From Lama glama (taxonomy: Eukaryota): a DNA stretch of 64,000 nucleotides. A program made the position numbers and the translations under genes. Each line of letters opens with the position of its first letter. Positions within the stretch are counted from its first letter, which is position 1. The stretch lies in NCBI GenBank assembly GCA_028534125.1, contig CM052816.1, positions 97,652,001-97,716,000 of the forward strand, in the 5' to 3' direction. The notes beneath the pieces were generated by a model that saw only the letters and a program-made list of their open reading frames with translations, was not told the DNA's origin and searched no databases. This document shows positions 24,615-37,411 of the stretch, in pieces.

Positions 24615-25885
24615 ATTTAAAAACAGACATATAGACCAATGGAACAGAATAAAAAGATGAGAAATAAACACATCCATTTACAGTCAACTGACCTTTGACA
24701 ACTGTGTCAAGAATATACAGTGGGGGAAAGACAGTCTCATCAATGGTGTTGGGGAAAACTGGGTATAACATCCAAAGGATGAAACTGGATGCTTATCTTA
24801 CACCATATTCAAAAATCTACTTAAATGCATTAAAAATTTAAACATAAGATGCAAAATTGTAAATATCCTAGAAGAAAATAGAGGGTAAAACTTTGTGACA
24901 TTGGTCTTATCAATGATTTATTGGCTATGAAGTTAAAAAGCACCATTAACAGAAGTAAAATGAGACAAGCAGAACTGTATCAAACTAAAAAGATTCTACA
25001 CAGCATTATTTACAATTGCCAAGATATGGAAGCAACCTAAGTGTCTGTCAACAGATGAATGGATAAGAAGATGTGATATACACACACAATGGACTATTAC
25101 TCAGCCATAAAAAAGAACAACATTTTGCCATTTGCAACAACATGGATGGACTTGGATGGCATTATGCTAAGTGAAATAAGTCAGATAGAAAGAGACAAAT
25201 ACTGTATGAAATCACTTATATGTAGAATCTAAAACATACAACAGACTAACGAATATTTAAAAAAAAAAGATTCTGCACAAAAAAGGAAACAATCAAAGGA
25301 ATGAAGAGGCAACCTAAAGAATGGAAGAAAATATTTGCAAACCATATATTTGATGAAAGATTAATCTTCAAAATATACAAGGAACTCCTACAACTTAATA
25401 GAAAAAAACACAAATAACCTAGTTTTTTATAAATAGGCAAAGAACTTGAATAGACATTTCTCCAACATGCAAATAGCCAACAAACATATGAAAAGATGCT
25501 CACCATTACCCATCATAAGGGAAATACAAATCAAAATCACAATAAGATGTTACCTCATATCTGATGGACGTTATTTTAAAAAATGATAACAAGTGTTGGC
25601 AAGAACATGGAGAAATTGGAACCATTATACACTGTTGGTGGGGATGCAGAGTGGTGCAGCCACTATGGAAAATGTTATGGAGAATCCTCAAAAAATTAAA
25701 TATAGAATTGCCATAGATACAGCAATCTCCTTTCTGAGTATATTTCCAAAAGAACTGAAATCAGGATGTGGAAGAGATATTTGCACTCTCATGTTCATTG
25801 CAGAGTTACTGACAATAGCTAAGATATGGAAACAACCTGAATGTCCAACAGCAGATTTAATGGACAAATAAAATGTGGTATAAGC

Positions 25886-25922
<37 letters not shown>

Positions 25923-26255
25923 CATATATACATAGAATAATAGTTAACCTTAGAAAAGAAGGAAATTGTGCCACATCTGACAACATAGATGAAGCCAGAG
26001 GATATTATACAAGTGAATAAGCCAGTAATCAAAGAATAAATACCACTTATATGAAATATCTTAAAAGCCAAATTCACAGAAACACTGAGTAGAATGGGGT
26101 TTCCAAGAGCTAGGGGAGAAGGGAAGTGGGGAACTGCTGTTCAGTGGGTACACATTCTCAGTTATTTAAGAAGAATAAGCTCTAGGTAACAACTGTGTTG
26201 TGCACAAAAATTTGCTGAGAGGATAGATCTCATGTTAAGTGTTGTTACAATTAAT
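24615..26255 (+). mobile_element. 5'-truncated L1 (L1MA-like ORF2 3' part plus 3'UTR) hosting a nested younger L1 piece and a (TG)n run
   Basis: acagacatatagaccaatggaacagaa start; plus-strand ORF 25593-25871 ends [23 protein letters not shown]; (TG)n at ~25890-25919. Confidence 0.92.
25003..25263 (+). mobile_element. Nested L1 fragment with 16-bp TSD
   Basis: Flanked by aaaaagattctacaca (24987-25002) and aaaaagattctgcaca (25264-25279). Confidence 0.85.
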
Positions 26256-27879
26256 TAATTTACAAATCCCTGTTTCTCTGATTCCTTGGTCCATGATTCT
26301 GAACAAAAAACCCTTTGTTTATGAGAACCACGACCTACTCTAAAATGCATGTATTTGTCAATCCAAGCCAAATGGCTCAATTATATAATGCCTAATTTAT
26401 CCCTTGGATCTGAGGTTTATGACTCCTATTAAGAAGGCTCTTTTGGTCCTGTCTGTATTTCAAAAGTTTTCAGCTTCTGTGATTTTGCTGCTGAGGATTT
26501 ATGCCTCCCTGACTGAGCCCAAGAAAGGGAGAACACAATAGTTAACAATGGAGTTGAAAGCCCCAGGTAAGAGCTTAAGTTGCTTCACATCCTCATATGT
26601 AAAATTTGCATAGTAATAGTTTTATATCATGGAGAGTTCTGATCATTAAGTAAAATTTTCCATGTAGTGTATTCTGTGCCTTTTCTGACACACAGTAAGG
26701 CCTCGATAAATATTGAGTTCCCAGCTGCTTTCTATGAAATTAATTTTGGTGGCCACATCCCTGTCCTTCTCTGCACTCCTGAGTTGTAGGTACCAAAGGT
26801 GAAATGGAATGGAGCAGCTTGTACGAAAACCACACAGGGGATGGCACTCACCAGGGCAAGCAGTGGGAACCAGGCTGTCCCTGGTGAGTGTCCGCCTTCC
26901 AGACTCCAGAGCAGTAAGGTGTCAATGGTGCCCTTTCTGTTTCAAAGAAATAGGTGCCTCCCATGTGGAACACGGGATGAGCCTTAGATGAGAGGGCAGC
27001 AGGAAATCTGATTAATCAAGCGAACTTCTAATCCTGAATTTGGAAGGATATGATGGGGGGGTCTCTGAGGATCACACACAGTGCAAATGAGCTCTCCAGC
27101 TGAGAGCAGAACCCAAGCCAGTGATGGAGAATGGATTTAGCTTAATGGCCTTGTGTGTCCTGCATCTTGAAAGTTCTCAGTGCTGTGGCAGTGGGAGCCA
27201 GCAATGTGTGAAAAGATAAAGGAACCTTAGCGTGTAGGACACTCAACTCTCCAAGTCAATTACTGCATTTTCCCCAGGTTTGTCTCCCAGGTAGAGTCTC
27301 TCCCATGTCCTAGAAGCTTAAGTCTGATCATGGATGAGTCTTATGTCTCACTGTGTCCTTCACTTGTGCACCGTGGCCTTCAGATCAAGGTTCACCTCTT
27401 GAGCCTTCTGCCTTTTCATGGTGGTAATTAATATTGAACTGCACTTTACTTTTTCTCCATCTCAGTTAAGAAAAATTGGATTGTTCTTGCCACACGTCTC
27501 AAATTTGGAGCACTCTTTGGGGTGACTTTAATAATCTTTTGCCACTTATTTGAAATCAATACTTTTTAATTTTCAAAGGAGAGAGAAAATGGATGTAACA
27601 GTTCTGCAAAATAAGGCAAAAGTGAAATCCTCTTATAGCCTAATTACTGATAAAATTTAATTAGGAAAATGACCAAGGTTATTTTTCTCCCCATGGCCTT
27701 TAAAGTGTTTCTACAAAATTGACTTAGGAAGTCATATTCATGAGTATAAAGATAATGACAAGAATCATGGGGACTGATGTCACTTTCAAAGTCATCAATA
27801 GAAGTATGAGGGAAAAAAAGCCAGGAACCAATTCCTTGCCACCCTGTGGGACCTACATCTCTGTCCTCCAGCCGACTCT

Positions 27880-28330
27880 GTCACCTTCTTCCCTTCGGAT
27901 GTCCATCTGCCTCCTTTCTATCAGTCAAAGAAGTCCAGCCTTTTCCCATCACAAAACCTTGTTATATGTTGTACCCTCTGCTTGGAATCCTTTTTCCATA
28001 CTCTTCATCTCATCCTGTGGAACTCACCCTCCATCTCACCTTGCAGAGGCCTTCCCTGTCTGCTCTGTTCAGGCCGCCCTCAGCCAGCTCCAGTCGCTCC
28101 TTCTCATCTCTCCTTGGATACTGTCTTCACGTCCTTGACCACAAAGGGCGAACATGGTATCCATTTATTTTCAGTCCTATAATTATGACTGTGCCCTGCT
28201 CCTCTCCTCGGCCTAGAGTCAAAGTTCCACTAGGTTTCCTTATTCCCCTCCCATGTTTCAGCAACTAGAACAGTGCCTGAGACACATAGTACTGACAAAT
28301 ACTTGTGGAATGAAGAGATAAATGGATAAC
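27880..28330 (+). mobile_element. L2 3' region
   Basis: gttgtaccctctgcttggaatcc...ctagaacagtgcctgagacacatagtactgacaaatacttgtggaatgaa. Confidence 0.7.
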
Positions 28331-28924
28331 TCAGTGAACGCTATGTTCACTGCCTACTGGTGATTCAGAACCAGCAACTCAAGGGCACTTAATAGACAAA
28401 CGTGATGACCTGTCTGGTAACAGTAACAGAATATATTTTAAACAAAATAATTTGATTGAAGGCTGAGCCCCTCCTTGGATGACATGTTTCTTCACACATG
28501 TGCTTCCTGTTTGTATACTGCCTGTTCTGAACGGCAGGTAGTGGCTGGAGCGTTTCTGATTCTCAAGCTCCATTCAAGGGGAGTAACTTGTCATGGGGAG
28601 ATTAAGAGGTTTATAATCTGAAATCTGAAGTCCACCTTCCTGGTCAGAAACCATGTTGGACTGTCATGGGTCATCAACAGCATTCTTGTCTGGTTTTATA
28701 TCTAGAAAAATTTAGAGGCTGGAATATCTGAGCATCTCAAGATCCTTGTACAACAAAAGACCAGACTGTAAAGACCTCATTCCATCTGCTGACATCTTCC
28801 CCAGGCAAATCAAAGTGGGAGCGTGTCTTATCCCCCATGAAGGACTGTGTGTGTGGCCTGTAGGTCACCTCTGGTGGGCATCTACACTAAAGAGCCTCAG
28901 GGGTTAGCATCCCATGACACATCT

Positions 28925-29171
28925 TTTTTTTTTTTATTTTATATATCTTATTGAAGTATAGTCAGTTTACAATGTTGCATAGATTTCTGTTGCACAGCAC
29001 AATGCTTCAGTCATATAGGCACAGACATATATTCACTTTCATATTCTCTTTCACCACAAGTTACTACAAGATATTGAATATAGTTCCCTGTGCTCTACAG
29101 CATAAACTTGTTGTTTATTTTTTATGTATTAGTTAGTACCTGCAAATCTCAAACTCCCAGTTTATCTCTTC
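28925..29171 (-). mobile_element. Short 5'-truncated L1 3' end with TSD
   Basis: Poly-T then ttattgaagtatagtcagtttacaatgttg...; TSD cacatct at 28918-28924 and 29172-29178. Confidence 0.85.
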
Positions 29172-29371
29172 CACATCTGTGCACATAGATGCACACTGCA
29201 TCGCTTTCGCACTTGGAGAGTTAAATTACCAGGCACACTTCTTGCTTTTGTAGCCAACTGCTTGCCCCAAGACATTCTGCTCAGATAGTGGTTACAGTCA
29301 AAATTAATATAACACATTTGGAATGAAAATCATAAGTACTGATATAGTCAACTCATTTAAAACTGGAATTT

Positions 29372-29472
29372 ATGTGTGTACACACACATGCCACATGTGT
29401 ACACACACCCCCCACATGTGCACACACACATCCCACATGTGTACACACACGCCACATGTGTACACACACATG
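29372..29472. repeat. Minisatellite, ~5 copies of a ~20-21-bp unit (ccacatgtgtacacacac..)
   Basis: Units read directly; each contains the palindromes cacatgtg and gtgtacac or gtgcac. Confidence 0.9.
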
Positions 29473-29614
29473 CAAATATGTAGAAATATTTATAAGGAAA
29501 GATATTCTTGGACACATTTAGACTCATTAAATATGCATTAGTCTAGCTTTCTGGCTCATTTTAATTTCCAAAAGAAAGTTCAAAGTCCTCTGTAATTTCG
29601 GTAGAGGCTTTCTA

Positions 29615-29800
29615 GCTAGTGGTCAGAGCCCAGTCCCTCGGGCTCACTTGCTCAGGTTTGAACCCCTGGTACCTCTTTCTCTCTCAGAAGCAAGGTCTTG
29701 GGCAAGCACTTCATCCTCTCTGAGCCTTGGCTGCCTTTTCTTTAATGAGGGCAATGATAGCGCCTCCTGCGTACATTGGTTTTGAGCTTTAAATAAGTTA
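29615..29800 (+). mobile_element. MIR SINE
   Basis: caggtttgaacccctgg...tcttgggcaagcacttcatcctctctgagccttgg...aatgagggcaatgatag. Confidence 0.7.
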
Positions 29801-31059
29801 ACATTTGCAAAGTCAGTAGTTTGCAGCACATAATAAACTTTACAGATGAATTTGATGTCAATAAAATATGTTTCTCAAGCTGGGGACTCTTACCCACGTG
29901 TACACGGGCAAGGTGCCCTGGGGCACTCAGCACCACAGGATGCCCCCCAGAATCTTCCTGATGTACCTATTTTAGTCAATGAAATTAATAGAAAATATTT
30001 TTTTAATTTTAAAATAGAGACAGGTGTATTACAGAGTAGACGTTTCAAGATAAAACATCAGCTTTCAAGAGGTTTATTTCCTGCAGCTGACTTCTCAAGC
30101 TATATGCAAGACCCTCCGTCCTTGTCCACTGTGTCCTTCATGACTTTTTCACAATAATTTGAATTCTAATTCTAATTCTCTCAGTGTTCTGGCACCAGAC
30201 TTTCCTATATCGGTAATTTTTGTCATCTCTGCCCGTGATGATCACCCCCTCCCCATGTAGTCATACATGGAAGTCCAACCCCACTTCAAGAACCACAAAA
30301 CATTTTACTTTCTTGGAGGACTCTCTCAAATCTGCTGCAATAGGTAATTTCCCCAGCCATGAATGTGCAGAACTCTGTGTGAATTAGATTTCATGATCGG
30401 TGCCACACACTGTGTGATAAATGATGTCTGTCTTCCCGTAACCCCCCCGCCTCCTTGTCAGGCTGTGAGGGACTTGAGCTCAAATACCACTCCCACCACT
30501 TGCTTCCCACATCTTCCCTTTCCCCCCACAAAGTGCCTAGCACAGTGCCTTTCCCATTACTCAGTGTCTGTTGAGGCATCTGTACCCCGCACCTCCATTA
30601 AGAAGAACCTGCCACGGGGCAGTTAGAATTCATTCATCTACTGTCGCTATGACACCAGTGGAAAGATGACTACGTCAGATGGGCTACTGACCACAATTCC
30701 ATGAAAGTGCCAAGAAGACGTGCTCTGATCCGTTATCGGTAACTTTCAGATGCGCCCCGTCTGCTACCCGTCAGGGAGCCTGTGAGTTTGGCTCAGCGTC
30801 AGCAAAGAGGAGTGATTCAATAAAGTGAGCAACACCTTTAATAAGCAACCTACCTGCAGCAAGGTCTAATCCACTCCTCAGCACGGAAAGGAAAATCAAA
30901 CAGCCTCCTGGGATGTAAACTGACAGGTGATTTTATACCTTGCCAAGCCCCTGGAGATTCTGCCAGGCTTATTTTTGTCTTGCTGACTTTCCTTGAGATA
31001 GTTGCTGTCAGGGTTTATAAGAAACAATAAAAAGCATTAACTGTTTTTTTTTTAACTTT

Positions 31060-31860
31060 TTTCCTGAGTGTCTGCTATATACTGGGCACTGAGTGATCAG
31101 GACAGAACTTATACACAGTCAGCAGTGAAATTCAGACAACGAACTAAACAGGAAATTAAATACAGGACAATGTATGTTATGAGACTGGAAAATACATTCT
31201 GCCAGAGGAATACATAGGACATAGATCAATAATATTTGGCTATTGCTTGTAGGTGTAAGAGAACTCAAGGAAAAGAGCCCAGCCTTTTGTCTTGATTGCT
31301 CAAGGGACACTAGAAGAGCAGCAGGTTCATCCTGGGTAATGTTGAGGGTGGAGTTGGTGATGTTGAGGCTGGACAGGTGTACAAGGAAAAGTCATCAAGA
31401 CATCCACGTAGAAATGCACCGTAAGCAGCTGAATATCAACTCAGGAACTCAGAGGAGAGATCCCAATTCAGGGAGCGATTTCTTAGAAACAAAGTAACTA
31501 ATGGTGATTGAAACAACAGGACTGCTTGATATGGATGGGAAGATACTTCTAGAGCAAGGAGAGTAACAGACAAGAAAGCCCAAGAGGTGGGAGGAAACCC
31601 AGGAGTGGCATCATGGATACCAAGGAAGGAGGCTCAAGGAGAAGGGACTGGCTATGCACATCTAACTCTACCGAGACATCAAGATAGATGGGGACTATAA
31701 CGGGGGACTCGGTTTAGCCAAAAGAAGGCTATGGTGACTTGAAGAGTGTGATGTCAGTGCAGGGATAGGGACAAGGTCTAGTAAGGAGTGGGTGGAGAGT
31801 GAAAGGACGTGATCAAAACAGAGAAAATGAGTGTAGACTGTTCTAGGAGCTTGACTGCCG
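31060..31860 (-). mobile_element. L2 fragments
   Basis: ctgagtgtctgctatatactgggcactg...gtagaaatgcaccgtaagcagctgaatat...gactgttctaggagcttgactg resembles antisense L2. Confidence 0.65.
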
Positions 31861-33082
31861 AGAAAGAGGCCATGTCATCCCAGAAGGAGACTTTTGCACA
31901 AGGAAGGAATTTTAAATGATATTTGGACCTTAGATACTTTAAAATATTTAGGGAAAATATTCAGCAGTAAGGAAAGTTTGAAAATTTTGAAAATATTAGA
32001 GAAAGAGGGAGCAGTGCATGGAAGAAAGGGGAAGGAGTTGGGTTCAAAGCAGGAAGATAATATTTTGGACATCGACTTAATAGAACTTAGTAGCCAAATA
32101 CAGTGGCTCTCGGGCAGATAAAACACCAAATCGTAAAAGAGGACAAGATCATTGAACTCAGATTTCTTATCCTACTAATATATGAGAGTCCTGGAACATT
32201 CAGAATTCTGAAGGTCTCAGATGAAGTCCTGGACCCACCTCTGATCTGCAGAGGTCTTGGAGAAATTGCTTCATCTCTTTCCCCCAGTTTTTACATCCGA
32301 AATATCAGGGTTGAGTCAGCTTCTCTACAAAGTTTCTCCTGACCTGGCTCTTTCGTGAATAAAGTGTTAACACAGAATGCTCCGGTCAAGTCCCTCAGGT
32401 TTCTTTCTTTCCTTCTGCCATTTTTTTTAAGCAGATGTGGGATGTTGGCTGCAGAGCTGGAAAGTCTGGATAGGTGGACACATCTTTCTCTGCATTTGCT
32501 TCCTAGTTATAAACAGACAATTCTGGCCTTTCTTGGGTCTCAGAATGTGGGACCCCTTTTCCCTAAAGCTGGTGCACTAGGTGAAGAAATTATCCCCTTT
32601 TCATCTCCAAAATCTCTTTCCTAATTTAAACCACTTCACTCCGACTAGGCGAGAAGTGTCTCTGTTCCTCCTGATCTGTTTCCTCCCGAGGATCCTGGTC
32701 ACAGCTATTTTTAAAGCTTAGAATCTTGACAGCCTGAGACCCTGGCGCACTGATCACTGAGAATCATTTCCCTTCCATGTTCCCTCACCTGCTGTTTCAA
32801 AGCAGTCCCCCCTGCGGAGAGTCCCGCACGTGCCCAGCAGCAGGCAGGCAGGCTGTTCTTGGTTCAGTTTCCTCATCGTGCCGGCAGGTCCCTCCTGCTG
32901 CCCTTCATGATACCTTTGGTCTGCTGCAAACACATTTATTTCACAAGATTGTGCTGATCCTGGATGAGGGAGGGGACAAAAGCTGAGAACTAAGCCTCTT
33001 CCTATAAGAGGTGGCCACTCTGAGACGCCTGGACAAACCTGACCTTGGATTCAATTCCAAACTGTTTGTGAGACGGGCTCTC

Positions 33083-33582
33083 NNNNNNNNNNNNNNNNNN
33101 NNNNNNNNNNNNNNNNNNNNNNNNNNNNNNNNNNNNNNNNNNNNNNNNNNNNNNNNNNNNNNNNNNNNNNNNNNNNNNNNNNNNNNNNNNNNNNNNNNNN
33201 NNNNNNNNNNNNNNNNNNNNNNNNNNNNNNNNNNNNNNNNNNNNNNNNNNNNNNNNNNNNNNNNNNNNNNNNNNNNNNNNNNNNNNNNNNNNNNNNNNNN
33301 NNNNNNNNNNNNNNNNNNNNNNNNNNNNNNNNNNNNNNNNNNNNNNNNNNNNNNNNNNNNNNNNNNNNNNNNNNNNNNNNNNNNNNNNNNNNNNNNNNNN
33401 NNNNNNNNNNNNNNNNNNNNNNNNNNNNNNNNNNNNNNNNNNNNNNNNNNNNNNNNNNNNNNNNNNNNNNNNNNNNNNNNNNNNNNNNNNNNNNNNNNNN
33501 NNNNNNNNNNNNNNNNNNNNNNNNNNNNNNNNNNNNNNNNNNNNNNNNNNNNNNNNNNNNNNNNNNNNNNNNNNNNNNNNNN
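33083..33582. other. Assembly gap (500 N)
   Basis: Run of exactly 500 N. Confidence 1.
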
Positions 33583-33918
33583 TTTTCTCTCTCCTAGCTT
33601 AAGTGCTGCCCTCTTGAATCCCCATTGGTCCCCCTGGAGGAACCTCTATACAGCTGATTGACAGTAAAAACCCAATACTCCCACGAGATGTGTACTCTGG
33701 AGTCCACAGCCCCCGAAAGACCGTCCCAGTAGCAGCCAGACAGTGCATTCCTCAGTCTGACTGACGCCTGTCAGTTTTTGATGGCATTTCTGTTCTCAGG
33801 TGCAACTGTTTTCTTCACCTGTTGTCCTCATCCAGAGGTCTGGCTCTCAACCTGGACCATGCAAGGATATGAGCCATGGCTCTCTGAAAGGCAAACGCCC
33901 CGCTCTGGGCATTCCCAC

Positions 33919-34271
33919 TGCTGTGGACTGAATTGTGCCCCCAAATTCATATACTGAAAATGATGGTCTTTGGAGATGGGGCTTTCAGGAGGTAATTAAA
34001 ATTAAATGGGGTCACAAAGATGAGGCCCTGATCCAATTGGATTGTCGGCTCTATGAGAAGAGATTCCCCCCCTCCTCTCTCTCTCTCTCTGTCTCTCCTC
34101 CGCCCCATGTGAGGATACAGTGAGAAGGCAGCCGTCTCTAAGTCAAGAAGAGGGCCCTCATCAGAGCCCAACTATGCTGATCTGAGACTTCCAGCCTCCA
34201 GAACTGAGGGAACCCCATCAGGACACCCCAACTACGGCAGTCTGTTCTGGCAGCCAGAGCTGATGAACACA
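33919..34271 (+). mobile_element. MaLR solo LTR (MLT1A-like)
   Basis: tgctgtggactgaattgtgcccccaaattcatat...gacttccagcctccagaactg...gcagccagagctgatgaacaca. Confidence 0.85.
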
Positions 34272-34764
34272 CCCACCCGGGGTCTTTAGGGAGCAGCCTA
34301 AGGGTGGGTGTAGAATGAGTCCATTCCGCAGCCAGGCCTGGTGACCACCAGGGTAGCCAGCACCCGGGCCTGTTTCACTAGGAGCCACGTGCTTCCCACA
34401 GGAAGGAAGGTCACTCCTTCCCACAAACTTCTGCTTCACCTTCAGACTTTGCAGCAGCTCACTGAAGGCTGATGTGCCTTCTTCTTCCAAACTTCATCAC
34501 TGAGAGTGTTTTCTGCCTTAACCGCACATCACTGGTCTGTTCTCATGGGAACACACAAAAGGCTGCTGGGCATGGCCACTTTCTCTGGGTCAGACCCCAG
34601 CTCACCTCTCTCCTGGGTTCGCTCTATGACAGTTCGTGACCTCTTCAGGTAGTGGACCCTCTTAGAGACTGTGAGGATAGTCAACGCTACCTGTCCTGAA
34701 AAACATACCTACATGCACACCTACATGCTGCCTATGACTTGGGGGTCAAGGAGATCATAGTCTG

Positions 34765-34884
34765 GTCCTCAGATCAGCAGTGCCACCTGAGAGCAGAATC
34801 CAAGGCCACCCGGGCCACCTGCACCAGACCCTGCACTTTGACAAGGATGCCGCATGATTGTATCCACGCCTGAGAGGCACTGCT
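34765..34884 (+). mobile_element. MER5-like hAT-Charlie fragment
   Basis: gcagaatccaaggccacc...ctgcactttgacaagg...tgagaggcactgct. Confidence 0.55.
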
Positions 34885-36561
34885 GTGACAAAAGCAATGC
34901 GCACACACAGTGCGGGCACCGTGAGCTATTCCGAGTTTGTCCTGCCTACTGGGGGTGACAGCAACTAAGCAGTTCCCACTCCGACAGTCTCTCCAGAAGG
35001 AACTGAGGAACAAGACACTACATTGCCGACCATTTGCTACAAAACAGTAGAGGTTGGGACCCCGTCCATTTATCCTTTCTGACCCAGCCTCCGCTACCCC
35101 AGCATTTCCATCATTTCGTTATGAATATCTCTGCTGAGCCTCCTTTCCCGATGAAATATCCCTGAGGCTCACATTAGAGGGACAACATTAAAGTTACCAA
35201 AATAACTCCTTTTATTGTTCCTTGAATTTCAAGCACTAAATCAGATAGAAAAAAAATGATGTTCCATATGTTCTGACAACGTGACCCCATGGAATCATTT
35301 ACAAGCTTCACACACCAAATTCAAAGGTGTGTTTAATTCATCATCTCGAATGAGGTGAAATGACCCCTAGAGTCTGACCTTTGATGGACGTGGCCCAGCT
35401 GACAGATCTGTCTCGTTACGGCTTGCAATGAGGGGGACACGTCTCTGCTCCCTGAGCAGCTGGAATATGTACAGCTTCTCTTGTACATATTTTAATTAGA
35501 GATTTTTATTTTTCTCTGCCCTGAGGCTTTCTGTGAATGGTACATTTTCTAAGTCTCATGATAGAAATAATGATACTTCACGGTGCAAATATATGCAATG
35601 GAACCCAGGTGCTGAACTTCTTCTGCTTGGGTATGCGGGTTGCCGTTGAAGGATGTCAAAGGTAGTTGTCAAGCCTGAAAGTCAGGGAGGACGGTGGACG
35701 GAAGCAGGTGGAAAGAAAGCGACATGCCTGTACAATCTCGGAGATGTCGTCATGACCTCTAACACCAAGCCTCCTTTCTTTTCCTACTCAAAGACTCAAA
35801 AAAAGGCAGCATGGAAGAGAGGAATCCAGCCCGTTTAGAGCTGGCTGCCAACTTTTTGTTCCATTGACTTATGTAGGTAAACTGCATGATATTTTTGATA
35901 TGAATTCCCCTGGGCAAGAGGCCATTGCATGTTGAATCCATCTTCCTTTCGTCTGTTCCAGCTTCCCTTCTCCGAAAAGCCATTCAGTAAAGGTTCTCAT
36001 TCCAGGACAGTGCCATCCACCCATGTACAAAAATCACCCCCCTTCCTACAACTAAAAGAAGCTTTTCCCACTCATTTTGAGTGCAGTCCTCCCCAGCACC
36101 ACCCCCACATCCTTCATACATACACACTCACACACACACTCTCAAACACTCAAAAACATAGTCAAATGCTGAGTGCAAATGCTTAATGGTTCTAATAAGC
36201 TTCAGAACTGAGTGGAAAGGACAGACATAGCTGAAAGTATTATTTTTTTTCTACAGTAGCCTTGGAGAAGGTGAGGAGGAGAGAGACATATAGGTCAGAA
36301 TGTGTTCTGTCTTAAAATATGTTTCTAACCTAGAGAGATGCCGAGTCACTCTTTACCTTTGATTCCTGGTCATTCTGACGGTACATTGACCCTAAATCAT
36401 TGAGTTCCCACCGCCCCCACCATGCAAAACTGTGTGACTCTGGGCAGTTTTTTTTTTCCTGGAATTCAGCCATTACATCTTCTGCATGAAATTTAAGGAT
36501 ATAGCCCTGCCCTGAAATTTCTATTTTAAAAAATGTGCCTTTTTCAAAAGTTCTCTTGGGT

Positions 36562-36928
36562 TGTATTAGTCAGGGTGATCAATGCTGATGCTAAAACAAA
36601 TGTCCCTCCAGATCTTAGTTCTCTCTTATGTGCACATCCACTGGCTTTGGGAGGGTTTCTCTCATGATTACAATCACTGGCCCCGGCTGCTTCCTCCGGT
36701 GACGCCCGCATCTTCCACAGGAGCTTGTCATACTCAGCACCCAAGGAAAGGAGATCATAGAGAGTCGTGTGAGTAGCCTCATGGCCAGGCCAGGAGTGTC
36801 TACATCATGGCCATCCTTGTCCCATTGGTGGGACTCCAACCAAAGGGAGGGAAATTGAGAGTCTCCTGAGGGTCACAGAAGGGGGAAAGGAATGCAGCTT
36901 CCCTTTCAGCACACAGGCACTCTCTGCC
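36562..36928 (-). mobile_element. Old MaLR LTR (MLT1J/K-like)
   Basis: tgtattagtcagggt...gctaaaacaaa start; ccaggagtgtctacatca...cccattgg...ctctctgcc end. Confidence 0.6.
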
Positions 36929-37274
36929 GGAAGTCTCTCCTCTTTTGCATCTCTGCACCATAGCTATTTGTCAAGTGATGCGCAGGGACACCCCTTAACT
37001 TGACTTGTTCTTCAACTAGCTGTTACAGAAGACAAGACTGCAGATTTCATGAAAAGCCCTTCAATAAAAATTTTTTTAAAGGAAAGCAAATATACAAGCC
37101 AGAGTAATAAATTTGACATCATAAAAATGTAAAGCTTCTGCCTTATAAATGTGTAGAAAATTGTTTGCTAATCATTCCCCATTGTTTTCTATGATTTATA
37201 TTTCACAATTTAAAAAATTACATGCTATAAATAATGCAAAAGATAAACTGAATATCTTTGAATATGCACCACAG

Positions 37275-37411
37275 AAAGAGGTTTCAGAAGGAATCACCCC
37301 TGCGGACACCTTGATCTAGGACTTCAAGACTCCAGAACGGTGTGAAAATAATTTCTGCCGTTACGCCATGCAGCCAGTGGTGGTGGGTACAGAGCCCCGC
37401 GAACTGAGGCA
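37275..37411 (+). mobile_element. MaLR LTR 3' part (MLT1B/C-like)
   Basis: ccctgcggacaccttgatctaggacttcaagactccagaacggtgtgaaaataatttctg; homologous to 46020-46142. Confidence 0.75.

Noticed and set aside
26474..26566. Plus-strand exon-like block (gttttcag| ... CAG|gtaaga)
   Set aside because: Stops in all three frames, a weak pyrimidine tract, and it abuts a MIR.
29372..29472. Regularly spaced palindromic repeats resembling a CRISPR array
   Set aside because: No unique spacers, no cas genes, and a mammalian context; it is a minisatellite.
33011..33661. 216-aa ORF
   Set aside because: Artefact of translating through the 500-N gap.
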